Shown: positions 25,233-36,738 of the stretch, one piece after another
How the letters are laid out: every line of letters starts with the position of its first letter
How positions within the stretch are numbered: position 1 is the stretch's first letter
NCBI GenBank assembly: GCA_963514005.1
Contig: OY740792.1
Span: 67,456,001 to 67,520,000, forward strand
Direction of reading: 5' to 3'
DNA from: Raja brachyura
Lineage: Eukaryota
DNA: 64,000 nt
Translations under genes and position numbers: made by a program
The notes under the pieces: generated by a model
The model's database searches: none
What the model was told of the DNA's origin: nothing
What the model saw: the letters and a program-made list of their open reading frames with translations, nothing else

Positions 25233-27795
25233 GGAGAAGATCAGCTGCTAGCTGGTACATTGGTATATCAAAACTAGTTGCATCATCATACTCCTCAGAT
25301 TGTAACCAATAAGCAACTCTGTACACCTTGTTTTTCCTCAACGTTTCAATGTTGGCATTGTAAACTACAAGTTTTTGCTCTTCAAACCACGCACTACATG
25401 CCTTTCCGCACACTACTTTCCCATTAACAATGTCCTGTAGATCATCACATTTGGAGTAGTCCACATTCGGATAATCTCTGCCAATGCTGTTTAAATCAGT
25501 CTCTTTCAATTTTTTTCCTAGTTTTTTCCTCTCGTTCGTGTCCCGAGCATGCTCCTTGCCTTTCTGTCGCTTGATGATTTCTGCTCCCAATTCCTTCTGT
25601 TTTTTCTTCCGTCTGTTCCTCTGCACTCTCCCCCATGTCACTGCCTTACAGAGCACCTCCTCCCTACGATGCTCCTCGAGATTATCAAGGTAATTGGCTG
25701 TTCTATTCTTCCAGGCCCGCATCATACATGACAAATAACACATGGTGGCATTGGGTGGTTTATGTATCGATGAGCTAAACATCCCCATTATCTCCTCCAC
25801 ATCAATGTTGTGTGATCTTGCTGATGCAGTCTCCTCCTTCAGTTTCTCAGTTACATCAAGTTCAAAGTATTTACTATACTGCCTCTGCAACACAGTGATG
25901 ACAGCTTGAAGACAGCTCCCCATCTTTGAACTGAACTGTGGATGTATTGATAGCTCCCGAAGTTTTGTCAATGTGGCATCAAGAAGTGGTTTCCTTTAGA
26001 GCAGCAATCACCCCTTTAACCACTTTGATGCCATCAACTTGGTTGATCTGATTCTGACTTGAAGTGTAGAAGCGCTTCATCCAAGGCCCAGTCAGATATT
26101 TGCCAAGTAAGCCTAACATCTGAAGTGCTAGTTTTGCTTCAGCCTGGGTGAAGTCATGCAGGATGGCGCTTTTCAACCCCCCACAGGATGTTCCGCTATT
26201 CAGCAGGGCAACAAAGTCATCATAATGTGCTGTGAGCTTGCCTCTAATATGAAACAGTGTGTGCAATCTGTTGCCACGGTACCATGGGAGAACACCTCGG
26301 GGGATGTTCCTGTCATCTAATAATGCTACAAATCCTTTTGGGTCCCCTTTTCCATTCTTGTACCAAAGTTTGCTCATCTGCAGTATGGCATTTACTGCTG
26401 GACAGTCTTTCCCAAACAAGAATTGTCCTCCGGATTGTTTCTGCATTTTGAGGGCTGAGCAAACTGATGTTGCAATGGAATCAAGACAATGCAAGTGGCA
26501 GTAGACCTCATTCAAAGATTATCCCACTCACTACTCACAATCCTAATAGCTGCATGATTAGCGGCACACCTGTCACTCACTGTGTTTGAAATGTTGTTGA
26601 GTATCTTTTGCCTGGTAGCTTGAAAAGCTGCTTGCTCATTGAAATAAGCGTAAGTTTTACACATTGTCAACTGTTTCGCAAATATGTTTTGCATAACCAC
26701 AGCAGTCCGACCAGCCAATTCATCGACTGCTGCAGAGAAACATTTGTCTGTGGTGGTGAAGTGCACGCTGTTAATGTGGATCTCTTCCTGGGTGGTTGCA
26801 TCAAATCCCACAGTCAAACCCTTTGTTGCTAGCTCCCAATTCTCGGGTCATAACTTCAACTGCACTGCGTCGAGGAACATAATCCAGATGAAGTTCACTC
26901 TGCTTGTAGAACTGATTTATCAGGATTGAAATGTTTGCTGTGGGAGTTTTGTTTACGATACAGTCAAACACATGCATCCTTCTTGTTGAGGAGTAAATTT
27001 TCTGGCCCACACTTGCCTTGACAATACTGGCAGCCTGCAGAGTTTCGATTGTTTCTTTGAGGACAAGATTGTCAAATTTAAGGCATCTCACTTCCTCTTC
27101 CCTGTCCTTTAAATTTTCATGAACTTTTCTGTACTGGTGAATTGAAACAGTTTTCCTCTTTTTCTTACTGCCACGAAACATCAGCAATTGTCTGTGTGCT
27201 TTTTTAAGTCTCAAAAGCTCTGGCTTGGTTTCAGCAAGCTCTTATGCAAAAGTTTTCCCACATAATTTGGTTTTGAGTTCCTGAATCTTTCTGTCCCTTA
27301 AATCTATCTGGTTTTGCTTTCTCTTTAAGGCTTGATTAACTACACGTTTGGGAGTTTTCAACCGTGCCCTAAGTTCACTGATCTTTGTGTGATACTTTAT
27401 TGTAAGAGCAGCCCTGGATTTGGACAGAAAGTTTAGTCTTTTCAATTTCTGTTTCCTTGGAGAAAGACTTAGAAATTCTCTGCGATGTCTTGTTGAAACA
27501 CTAGATGTTTGTTGATAGCATTGGTTCAGGTGAGGCAGCAGCTGTCGTTGGCGTTGCTAGATTCAATGGAGGATGCAGACTATGACTGTCATCGCCCATG
27601 TCCTCAGTGTCTTGAAATATGGGCACTTGGCTTTCAGCTGATGTCAAGGATTCAGGATCTTGAGCACCAGGCAGTGGAACGTCATCTAAAGAAATGTATT
27701 GACTGCCTTCTGGAAGTTTAAAAGTTTCATCACAAATTTTCATAAATGCTCCAAGTTCCTTGGGATTAGTGAGTTTTTTAAACTTAAGCAAAGTC

Positions 27796-28682
27796 CGGTT
27801 ACGAGGAATGGGCGGCGCGACTCTCATCGCAGCGGCCTCTGCAGTCCTTCTGTCTTTTTTTATTTTTTGTCTCGTTTTGAGTGTAGCTATAGTGGTTTTT
27901 TTAGCTGGGTATGTGTGGGGGGCGGGGTGGGGGAAGCCTTTAAAATCTTTTCCCTGTACGGAGGACCCGACCTTTTCTCTGTCGGGTCTCCGTTGTTGTT
28001 GGGGCCTAGCACCATGGAGCGGCCTCCAACCAGACCTGGGGCTCCAGTCGCGGAGCTGCGGGCTACTTACCAACGTGGAGCTGGCCAAGTTAGGAACGGG
28101 AGGAGCTGTGGTGGCGCGCTGCTGCTGCCTGACCCCAGAGATTCGGAGGCTCCAGCTGCAGGCCCGGTGGATGGTAACACCGGGAGCTCGCTGGTCCCTG
28201 GTGGGAGACCGCTTTTCGGAGCTCCCGCAACGGCGACTTCTCCCGCCCGAGTTGCGGGGTTGAAAATGACCCAGAGCGGGGCCTTACATCGCCTGGCGCG
28301 GCTTTAATGGCCGCGGGACTTGCTAGGGCCCACCGGGGTCTCCAACATCAACACCCGGAGTGGGGCCTTACATCGCCCGGCGCGGCCTTAACTGCTGCGG
28401 GACTTACTTACCATTACCCGCCGGGGGCTTTGACTCTGACATCGGGAGGAGAATGGGGAGTGCAGGGGAGAGATAAGACTTTGCCTTCCATCACAGTGAG
28501 GAGGAGATTCACTGTGATGGATGTTTGTATAAATTGTGTTGTGTCTTGGTTCTTTTCTTATACAAATAAGAAAAGAACCAAGACACAACACAATTTATAC
28601 AAACATCCATAACTGCAGAAACTAAATTTCGTTTGAACCCCAATGAGGTTCAAATGACAATAAACGGTATTGTATTGTATTG
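27796..28682 (+). mobile_element. Non-autonomous retroposon with a Rex1-type 3' stem-loop and (attgt)n tail
   Basis: GC-rich body, tttgaacc..ggttcaaa stem-loop, aataaa and gtattgtattgt tail; it interrupts the transposase frame. Confidence 0.6.
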
Positions 28683-28853
28683 TTAACGAGCGCCTTCACT
28701 CTTAACTTAACAGCACCAAATGATTAGCCTTCTGCATTCGACAAAGAGAAATGTGAACTCAGCGATTTCTCTGTTTCAGACAGACTTTTTCCAAACGAGG
28801 TATACAAATACAAGATGTGTCCATTTTTAAGATCCGTCTTAGACTCGGGCATG

Positions 28854-29396
28854 ACAGAGTTAACCATAAAGCATACTCCCCCTCCTCTCGACTTGCCGAT
28901 TCCTTCGTTTTGTCTTGACGGTAGACGGAAAAACTGTGTGGAGTTACGGCACAGTCGGGTACGCTGATCTCCAGCCACGTCTCTGTGAACGCCAGAACAC
29001 AGCAGTTCTTAATGTCCCGTGGTGTTCGATCCGTGCGTGCAACTCGGCTAGTTTATTGTCCAGGGATTGCACATTCACTAGCAGGATGCTGGGCAGAGGG
29101 GGTTTGTTGTTTATTCACCGACTTCTACACAGAACGCCGGCACGCTTCCCTCTCTTTGCTTTCCTCCGCCACAGCCATGCAGGTAAGCAAAGCCAGGGGA
29201 GGCTGTCGTCCGTGATATCAATAACCGGCTTAAAGTCCCCGTTGGCTGCCTTTCTTATTCCAAAAGTGGTTGTCGATCATACTGAATGTGTGAAAGAATA
29301 GTATGTACAAAAAGAACAAGTAATAAAAGTAAATACACACAAGTTTGCTGAGATGACTCGGAGCTCTCGTCAGTGCAGCCATCTATACGGCGCATG
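28854..29396 (-). mobile_element. 5' fragment of a Rex1/Babar-like LINE (5' UTR + start of APE endonuclease)
   Basis: GKSRGGGVCFMVN endonuclease motif; gcatg duplicated at 28849-28853 and 29392-29396. Confidence 0.55.
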
Positions 29397-29577
29397 GGAA
29401 GATTTTTACATACAAAAAGAAAACCCCAAAATTTACAGCCAGATTTATCACTTCTGAGACTTTTTAGATACCAAAGGAATCAGGAAAAAACACAAATAAT
29501 GCTTTACAGAAAACCCTGTCAATCTTTTCATGCTGTCAATCTTAAGAAGCAAGTGGCTGTACTAACTTTATAGATAA

Positions 29578-32500
29578 CTAGACCAAGTGCAGACCCGTTG
29601 GGTCTGTTCCCCCAACGTGTGGTTGCAGGGGAGGGAGGGAAGGGAGGAGGGGAGAGAGGGGTGGGGAAGGGAGGAGGGGAGAGAGGGGTGGGGGAGAGAG
29701 AAGTGGGAGTGGGGAGGGAGGGTGAGAGATGTAGGGGAGAGTGGCGGAAGTGGGAGAGAGAGAGGGGGAAGGGGGAGTGGTGGAAGAGGGAGAGAGGAGT
29801 AGGGGAAAGGGATGGGGGAGATAGGGAGGGAGGGGAGAGAGCGGGTGGGTGAGGGAGAGAGGTGGGGTGGGGGAAGGGAGGGAGGTGGAAGAGTGGGGAG
29901 GGAGGGGGAGAGGGGTAGGGGAGTGGTGGAAGTTGGAGAGAGGGAGGGGAGGGTGGTGGGGGAGTGGTGGGACAGGGAGATAGGGGTAGGGGGGAAGGGG
30001 GTGGGAGGGAGTGGTGGAAGAGGGACAGGGGTAGGGGGGAAGGGGGCGGGGGAGAGAGGGAAGGGGAAGGTGGAGAGAAGGAAGGGGGTGGGGGAGAGAG
30101 GGAAGGGGTGGGAGGAGGAGCGGGGTGAGGGGAGTAGAGAGAGGTGGGGGAAGGGGAGGGGGAAGAGGGGGAGATGAGAGCAGAGGGGTGGTGGAGAAGA
30201 GGGGAGGATATGGACAGGCGGTGGGGAGAGGAGAGGGGGAGGAAGAGGGGGAGGGGAGGTGGAGAGAGAGGGGGAGAGAGAGGAGAGGGAGGGAGGGAGT
30301 GGAAGGAGAGAGAGAGAGAAAGGGGAGGGAGAGTTGACTTTCCTGTAAATCAAATAATAAGATTTTGAAAATGAAAAATAATTTAGATCGATCGCTTTTG
30401 AGAAACGAAGTCCGAATTACCGTTGGGGAAGAATGTTCTGGAAAAGGTTTCAAAGGCAATGCGAGCAAGCAATGTTCCCCCCAGTCACATGTGTGGGGGA
30501 TAGTGGTAGAGTGTCCCCCAGTCACATGTGTGGGGGATAGTGGTCCAGTGTCCCCCTAGTCACATGTGTGAGGAATGAGGTACTGTGTCCCCCTAGTCAC
30601 ATGTGTGGGGGATAGTGGTACAGTGTCCGCTAGTCACATGTGTGGGGGAAGTGGTACAGGTCCCTCTAGTCACATGTGTGGGGGAAGTGGTACAGTGTCA
30701 CCCTAGTCACAAGTGTGGGGGATATTAGGTGGTACAGTGTCTCCCTAGTCACATGTGTGGGGGATGAGGTACAGAGTCCCCCTAGTCACATGTGTGGGGG
30801 AAGTGGTACAGAGTCCCCCTAGTCACGTGTGTGGGGGAAGTGGTAAAAGGTCCCCCTAGTCACATGTGTGGGGGATGAGGTACAGTGTCCCCCTAGTCAC
30901 GTGTGGGGGAAGCGGTACAGTGTCCCCCTAGTCACATGTGTGGGGGAAGTGGTGCAGTCCCCCTAGTCACATGTGCGGGGGGGGGGTGGGGCAGCATGTC
31001 CCTGAGGGTGGGTGAGGGGGTTAGAGAGGGGTGGGGTAAGGGGAAGGGGAGGGGAGAGGAGAGGGGAAGGTGAGAGGAGAGGGGTTATGGAGAAGAGGGG
31101 AGGAAAGGGAGGTGGAGGGGAGAGGAGAGGGGGAGAAACAGGGGTAGGGGAGAGGTGGAGAGAGAGTGGAGGGGAGGGAGAGAGAGTGAAAGGAGAGGGA
31201 GAGAGGTGTGGAGAGAGAGGGGGTGAGCGAGGAGGGGTAGAGAGAGGGAAAGGAGAGGGGGAGAGGTGGGGAGGGGAAGGAGAGGGGAAGAATGGTGAGT
31301 GAGGGGAAGAGGGGTAGCTGGGAGTGGTGCAAGAGCGATGGGAAGGGGGTGGGGGGGAGATGGGGATGAAGAGGGGTGGGAGAGAGAGGGGGTGGGAGCG
31401 GTAAGGAGAGAGGGAGATGGAGAGAGGGAGAGGGAGGAGGAGAGGGGGGTGGGGGAAGGTGTGAGAGGGTTCAGGGAGGGGTGGGAGGGGAAGGGGAGAG
31501 AAGGGGAAGAGTGTGGAGGGAGGGGGGAGGTGTAGGGGAGAGAGAGGGAAGAGTGTGCAGGGAGGGGGAGAGTGGTAGGGGGATGGGGAAGAGTGAGGAG
31601 GGAGGGGGAATGCAGAGAGAGGGGGAAGAGTGGGGGGGAGGGAAGGGGGGGGAGAGAGGGGTGGGGGAGGGAGAAGGGGAAAGGTGGGGAATGGGGAGAG
31701 AGAAATGGAAATGGGGAGGGAGAGGGGGAGGGTAGAGTGGTGGAAGTGGGAGAGAGAGAGGGGGAAGGGGGAGTGGTGGATGAGGGATAGAGTAGGGGAA
31801 AGGGGTGGGGGAGATAGGGAGGGAGGGGAGAGAGAGGGTGGGGGAGGGAGAGAGGTGTGGTGGGAGAGGGGTGGGGGAAGGCAGAGAGAAGTGGAAGAGT
31901 GGGGATGGAGAGGGGTAGGGGGAGTGGTGGAAGTTGGAGAGAGGGAGGGGAGGGGGTGGGGGAGTGGTGGAGAGAGGGGTAGGGGAAAAGTGGTGCACGG
32001 GAGAGAGGGGAGGGAGGGGGAGGGAAGTGGAAGAGTGGGGGGGAGAGGGGTAGGGGGAGTGGTGGAAGATGGACAGGGGTAGGGGGGAAGGGGGCAGGGG
32101 GAGAGGGAAGGGACAGGGGGAGAGACGGAAGGGGGGTGGGGGAGAGAGGGAAGGGGGTGGGAGGAGGAGGGGGGTGAGGGGAGTAAGGGGAGGGGAGAGG
32201 GGAAGGTGAGAGCAGAGGGGTGGTGGAGAAGAGGGGAGGAAAGGGAGAGGTGGCGGGGAGAGGAGAGGGGGAGGGGAGGTGGAGAGAGAGTGGAGGGGGA
32301 GAGAGAGGAGAGGGAGAGAGAGAAAGGGGAGGGAGAGTTGACTTTCCTGTAGAATTAAATCAAACACAACAAAAGAATTTGAAAGAAAACTGTGAAAAAT
32401 GTGGGTAAATGTAGCGGAGCAAATAACAGAGAATTGAAACTGTTAAAAATGCTGTAAATTGAAATAGAGAATTTTTAAAAACGGATTTTTAAGCATTTTT

Positions 32501-33483
32501 TTAAGCATTTTAAAAACATTACTTGTCTAATGTAAAGTATAGATACGCAATGAAAACCAGAAAATGAAATAAAATTATCACTTGTCTAAAGATAACATTT
32601 GATAAACACGGCTGTGGAAATCGGCAAAGAAAAAAGCAATCTCTTCAAAGTGGAGTAATGGAGTCCTTTGAATAAAGAGAGAATATTAAAAAACCGGGAA
32701 AATGTGTGTTAATTTGGCAGAGCAAATAACGGAGAACTTAATAAAAAGAATTATTCAAATATAAATAAATATTGAAAACATCGTCTACGTTTACCTTTTG
32801 AAAAAAGTGTAAATCGATAATAAGATTTTCAAAACAAAAGTGTCAAATGAAAAATGAAAAAACGGCAGAAATCCAGCGTTTAGATCGATCGCTGTCGAGA
32901 AACAAAGTCCAAATGACCATTGGGGAAGAATGTTCTTGAAAAGGTTTCCAAGGCTACGCCAGCTGGCAATGTCCCCCCAGTCACATGATGACACAGGCTG
33001 CTGGGGGAGGGGCTGGGGCTGGGGCTGGGGCTGGGGCCAAGGCAGATGTAAATGAGATCCATTCCGATTGGCCATTTGTGAGGGATGGCATTGTGACATC
33101 ACACAATGGAACGTGCTGGAACATCAGGCGGGGGAGGGGGGGCTGGGGCTGAGGCAGATGTAAATGAGATCCATTCCGATTGGCCATCTGTGAGCCTTGG
33201 GCATTGTGACATGGCACGATGGAATGTTTACCAACATTCTATGGGTGAGAGCAGTTTGATTTTCGAAAAAGGGGGGTGGGGGGACAACGGATTTTATTAA
33301 AAACGGTGTAGGTAACGACGTCCAAACGTGACGGGGAGCGCCGTCGGGAAAGCGCGAGCGTAACGTCCGGGCCGGTGGGGAAAACGGCGGCGTCCAAGGG
33401 TCCTGTTTCGGCGGAGCGCGACATCAAAGGGCGGAGACACGGCAGCCGGTTGTCGGTAGCCGGCCACACAGTTTTAATATATA
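29578..33483 (-). mobile_element. Non-autonomous Helitron-like element with polypurine tracts and internal minisatellites
   Basis: Minus-strand 3' end: hairpin CAGACCC-aac-GGGTCTG, 8 nt, then CTAG|T (29578-29606). AT-rich 5' end tatatattaaaac at 33483. Confidence 0.7.
30475..30980 (+). repeat. 37-38-bp minisatellite
   Basis: Unit gtcacatgtgtgggggaagtggtacagtgtcccccta, about 13 copies. Confidence 0.9.
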
Positions 33484-33690
33484 CTGGACCAAGTGCAGAC
33501 CCGTTGGGTCTGGTCCCCCAATGTGCGGTTGCGGGGGGGGGAGGGGGGGAGGTGGCGTTGGAGGGGGGGGGGTGTGGAGGGGGCTTAGGGGAGGGAGGGT
33601 GGGGGAGGGCAGGGGGTTGGGAGAGAGAGAGTGTGGTGGGGAGAGAGAGAGAGAGAGAGAGCATGGGGGGAGAGAGGGAGAGAGAGAGAG
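33484..33690 (-). mobile_element. Second Helitron-like 3' end, head-to-tail with the previous copy
   Basis: The same hairpin at 33496-33512, with a CCAG (mutated CTAG) terminus abutting the 5' end of the first copy. Confidence 0.65.
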
Positions 33691-34850
33691 GTGGCCGTTG
33701 AAAAATCCGTTAGTGAGCCTTTGGTTGCTCCACAAGCAGAAGCCACGGAGGAAAACCCAGTGCCTAAAAAATGTAAAAGGAAATCTGAAGGGCCTGTGGT
33801 TTCTGATGAATCTTATTCTGGAAGTCCAGACAGAAAGGCCTTATGGCTCAGAATGGATCAAATGGAGAAAATGCTCCAGACAATAATCAACCAAGGGTCT
33901 AAAAACCCAGAATATTCCCAGGCAGCCCCTGAGGGGGTTCCATATCATGAATATGGTGCCAGTTTGAATTGGGAATTTGAAACTCCAGTGCCTGGGATTG
34001 GGCTGGAGGAAGTCTCCTTTGAGCAAGTCTCAGGAGTACCAGGGCTGCATGAGACTGATCCTGAAGGTGGTGATTTCGGTCATGAGTACCCACCACAATA
34101 CAATACAAAAATATTGTTCCAGGTGTGCCTGATGTGGCACAAACTTTTGCTATACCTGGAGGAGGCGGTGAGGCCATGGAAGAAAACCTGGCGGCCAACA
34201 TTAATTATATGGTCTCTCACCCGCTTCAAGAAGCTGTTATGGTTGAAACAGCAGATTTATATAAAACACCTGTTAATTGTACCTCACTGAAGGTACCTAC
34301 AGTGAATCCGGCTATTTGGGCGCCAATGTCATCAATGGTGCGGGTGCAGGAAATACGATTTCAAAGAATCCTCAAACTGATTTCGGCTAGGATCACTGCT
34401 TTTGGAAGGCAAGTGGAAGGTTGTGGAATGACCAAAGTTCAGAAGGATATGTTGGCATTGTTCTGCAACTCATATTTTGAGATTAATTGTATGAGGAAGA
34501 TTGCCATTTGGCCCATTTTACATCCAAGATTTGCAGGTTTGTGCAGATCAAGCAATGTTCAAGCTCCTGGTTATTTGTTCGGAGAAAATCTGTCTAAACA
34601 AATTAAAGAAATTGATGAAGAGGCAAAGACTATTGGCCTCATGAAACCCTTCGTTTTTGGCCAAAGAAGAGCCGGTCAAATGAGAAGGGGATTTGATTTT
34701 GGAGTAGGAACAAGCCGAGGCAGGAGTATGGTAAGGAAGAATTACCAACCAGCACAGCCGAATGTTCATCCATATGTTGGGAGAAGGAGACCATCACGTC
34801 CGGTTGGAGAGGAACAAAAACTTTATCCTATTAAAGAAGAATCTTTGGAT
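33690..34850 (+). pseudogene. DIRS gag-like ORF1 (frameshifted)
   Basis: YKTPVNCTSLKVPTVNPAIW...QKDMLALF...EINCMRK...LFGENL, located upstream of the RT. Confidence 0.65.
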
Positions 34851-35829
34851 GAACCTCAGATTGGTGGTAGACTACAAATGTTTTATGATGAATGGGACTG
34901 TATAACATCTGATCGTGTTATATTAGATACTGTTTTAGGATCTACCATTGATTTTGTAGAAGGTATTGATCCACCGGGACAGAATAAGCCTAATCATATT
35001 TTGGTGTTTTCTGTATTTGAAAAAATTCAAATTGATAAAGAAGTTAAGAATTTGTGTAAAAAAGGAGTTATCGAGAAATCAGGTGAGGATCCACAACAAT
35101 TTGTGTCAAATATTTTCCCCAGACCAAAGAAAGATGGGGGTTGTAGAATCATTTTAGACCTCACACAATTGAATCCATTATAAACATTTAAAAATTGATA
35201 CCTTCAACACTGCAATGCAGCTGGTATCAACAAATTGTTACATGGCTACAATAGATTTGAAGGATGCATATTATTCAGTACCAATTCATTGTCACTTTCG
35301 CAGGTATTTGACATTTAATTGGATGGGACGGCTGTGGCAATACAAAGCATTACCTAATGGATTAAGCTCAGCTCCTAGGCTGTTCACTAAATTGTTGAAA
35401 CCAGCACTTGCACTGCTAAGGGCACAAAAACACATCATTATGGCTTATCTAGATGACATTTTAATTGTCAATGCTAATCAGGAGTCAGCTGAAAAATCAG
35501 TCTCAGCAACTACAAGTCTGTTTGAAAGGCTAGGGTTCCTGATTCATCCAACAAAATCTAAGTTACAGCCATCCCAAACCATTGAATATTTGGGGTTTGT
35601 GATTAATTCAGTTACCATATTAGTAACTTTACCAATAGGCAAGATTGTTGATATTACAAATCTATGTCAGTGCCTTATTGACAAACCTTATCCCTCCATC
35701 CAAGAAGTTGCTAAGGTTATTGGTAAGTTAGTAGCAGCATTCCATGCTTGTAGAATTTGGTCCACTGCATTACCAAAATCTCCAAAGGGCAAAAACTCAA
35801 GTGCTTATACAGTGAGCAGGCCACTTTGA
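34851..35829 (+). pseudogene. DIRS reverse transcriptase
   Basis: IGGRL, FVSNIF.RPKKDGG.R.ILDL, IDLKDAYY, LPNGLSSAPRLFTK, YLDD and YLGF motifs; stop at 35181 and a later frameshift. Confidence 0.9.
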
Positions 35830-35836
35830 CAGGCCC

Positions 35837-36730
35837 ATGCAATTGCCAAAGGAAGCCTTATCAGAATTGCATTGGTGGATTGAGAATGTTCCACAAGCTG
35901 TTAAAAACATATTAGTTCAGCAGCCAGCAGTAATTTTGCAAACTGATGCAAGTTCTCTCAGATGGGGTGCTACGGATAATGAGACCAGCTGTGGGAGCAG
36001 ATGGACTGTCCAAGAGGATTTAATTCTCCAAACATATGGTATAAATTATTTGGCGTTACTGGGAGCATTTTATGGATTAAAAGCTTATTGTTCTACTATG
36101 AAGGACTTGCATGTCCAATTACAAATAGACAATACCACAGCTGTGGCATATATCAATCACATGGGTGGAGTAAGATCATTATCATGTGATCATCTGGTTA
36201 ACCAGATGTGGCATTGGTGTGTTGGTAAGAACATTTGGCTTTCAGCTATTTATCTCCCAGGGAGAGACAATATTGTGGCAGACAAAAGATCACGAACATT
36301 TAAAGACAGTACAGAATGGATGGTAAATCCGCAAATTTTCAAAAATATTGTCAGTCGGTATGGAGTACCGGACATTGATCTGTTTGCATCCAGATTAAAT
36401 CACCAATTGCCCAAATACGTGTCCTGGGAACACGATCCAGGGGCTGTAGCGGTGGATGCTTTCTCGCTACACTGGGGGAATATGTTCTTTTATGCTTTTC
36501 CCCCATTCTGTCTGATTGGGCAATGTCTCAAGAAAATAGCGCAAGATGCTGCCAAGGGCATTTTGGTGGTGCCAAATTGGCCTACACAGTCATGGTTCCC
36601 ATTGATGCTGAAAATGATTATTGAACCATGTATGACGATTCCTAGTTGCAACGATCTGTTGACACAACCAGTAACAAAAGAAATTCATCCATTGCATGAT
36701 CATATGAATTTGTTAATCTGCAGGTTCTGA
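35837..36730 (+). pseudogene. DIRS RNase H + DNA N6-adenine methyltransferase-like domain
   Basis: RNase H motifs QTDAS, IDNTTAV and N..AD; MTase-like motifs DIDLFAS, DAF, YAFPPF and PNWPTQSW. Confidence 0.85.
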
Positions 36731-36738
36731 CCAGACCA

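Larger units (their letters stand above)
24433..28852 (-). pseudogene. CxxH-class DDE transposase (hAT/Dada-like, superfamily uncertain), with frameshifts and insertions
   Basis: Pieces in order: MPESKTDLKNG..., coiled-coil region, VGFDATTQ (D), VSDRC (D), YCHLHCL (CxxH), RGNRL, LTGPWM, HNIDVEEIMG (E). The C-terminus ADLLHKDLVFC* is restored by removing the CR1 insert. Confidence 0.75.
22292..29577 (-). mobile_element. Decayed autonomous member of the TAG..CTA DNA transposon family, interrupted by at least 5 nested insertions
   Basis: Terminus TAGCAATGTTAC at 22292 is collinear with the MITE at 870. The sequence continues across nested inserts into the transposase stop (24433) and ORF. The far terminus was not found. 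Confidence 0.7.

Noticed and set aside
24544-25971. 475-aa ORF that looks like a novel transposase-RT fusion protein
   Set aside because: It is a chance in-frame junction between the transposase tail and a recently inserted CR1 fragment; the upstream transposase is frameshifted.
29568-32408. Many long Pro-, Leu-, Gly- or Glu-rich ORFs (also 13929-14734 and 48234-49808)
   Set aside because: They are translations of polypurine/polypyrimidine tracts and minisatellites that lack stop codons by composition.
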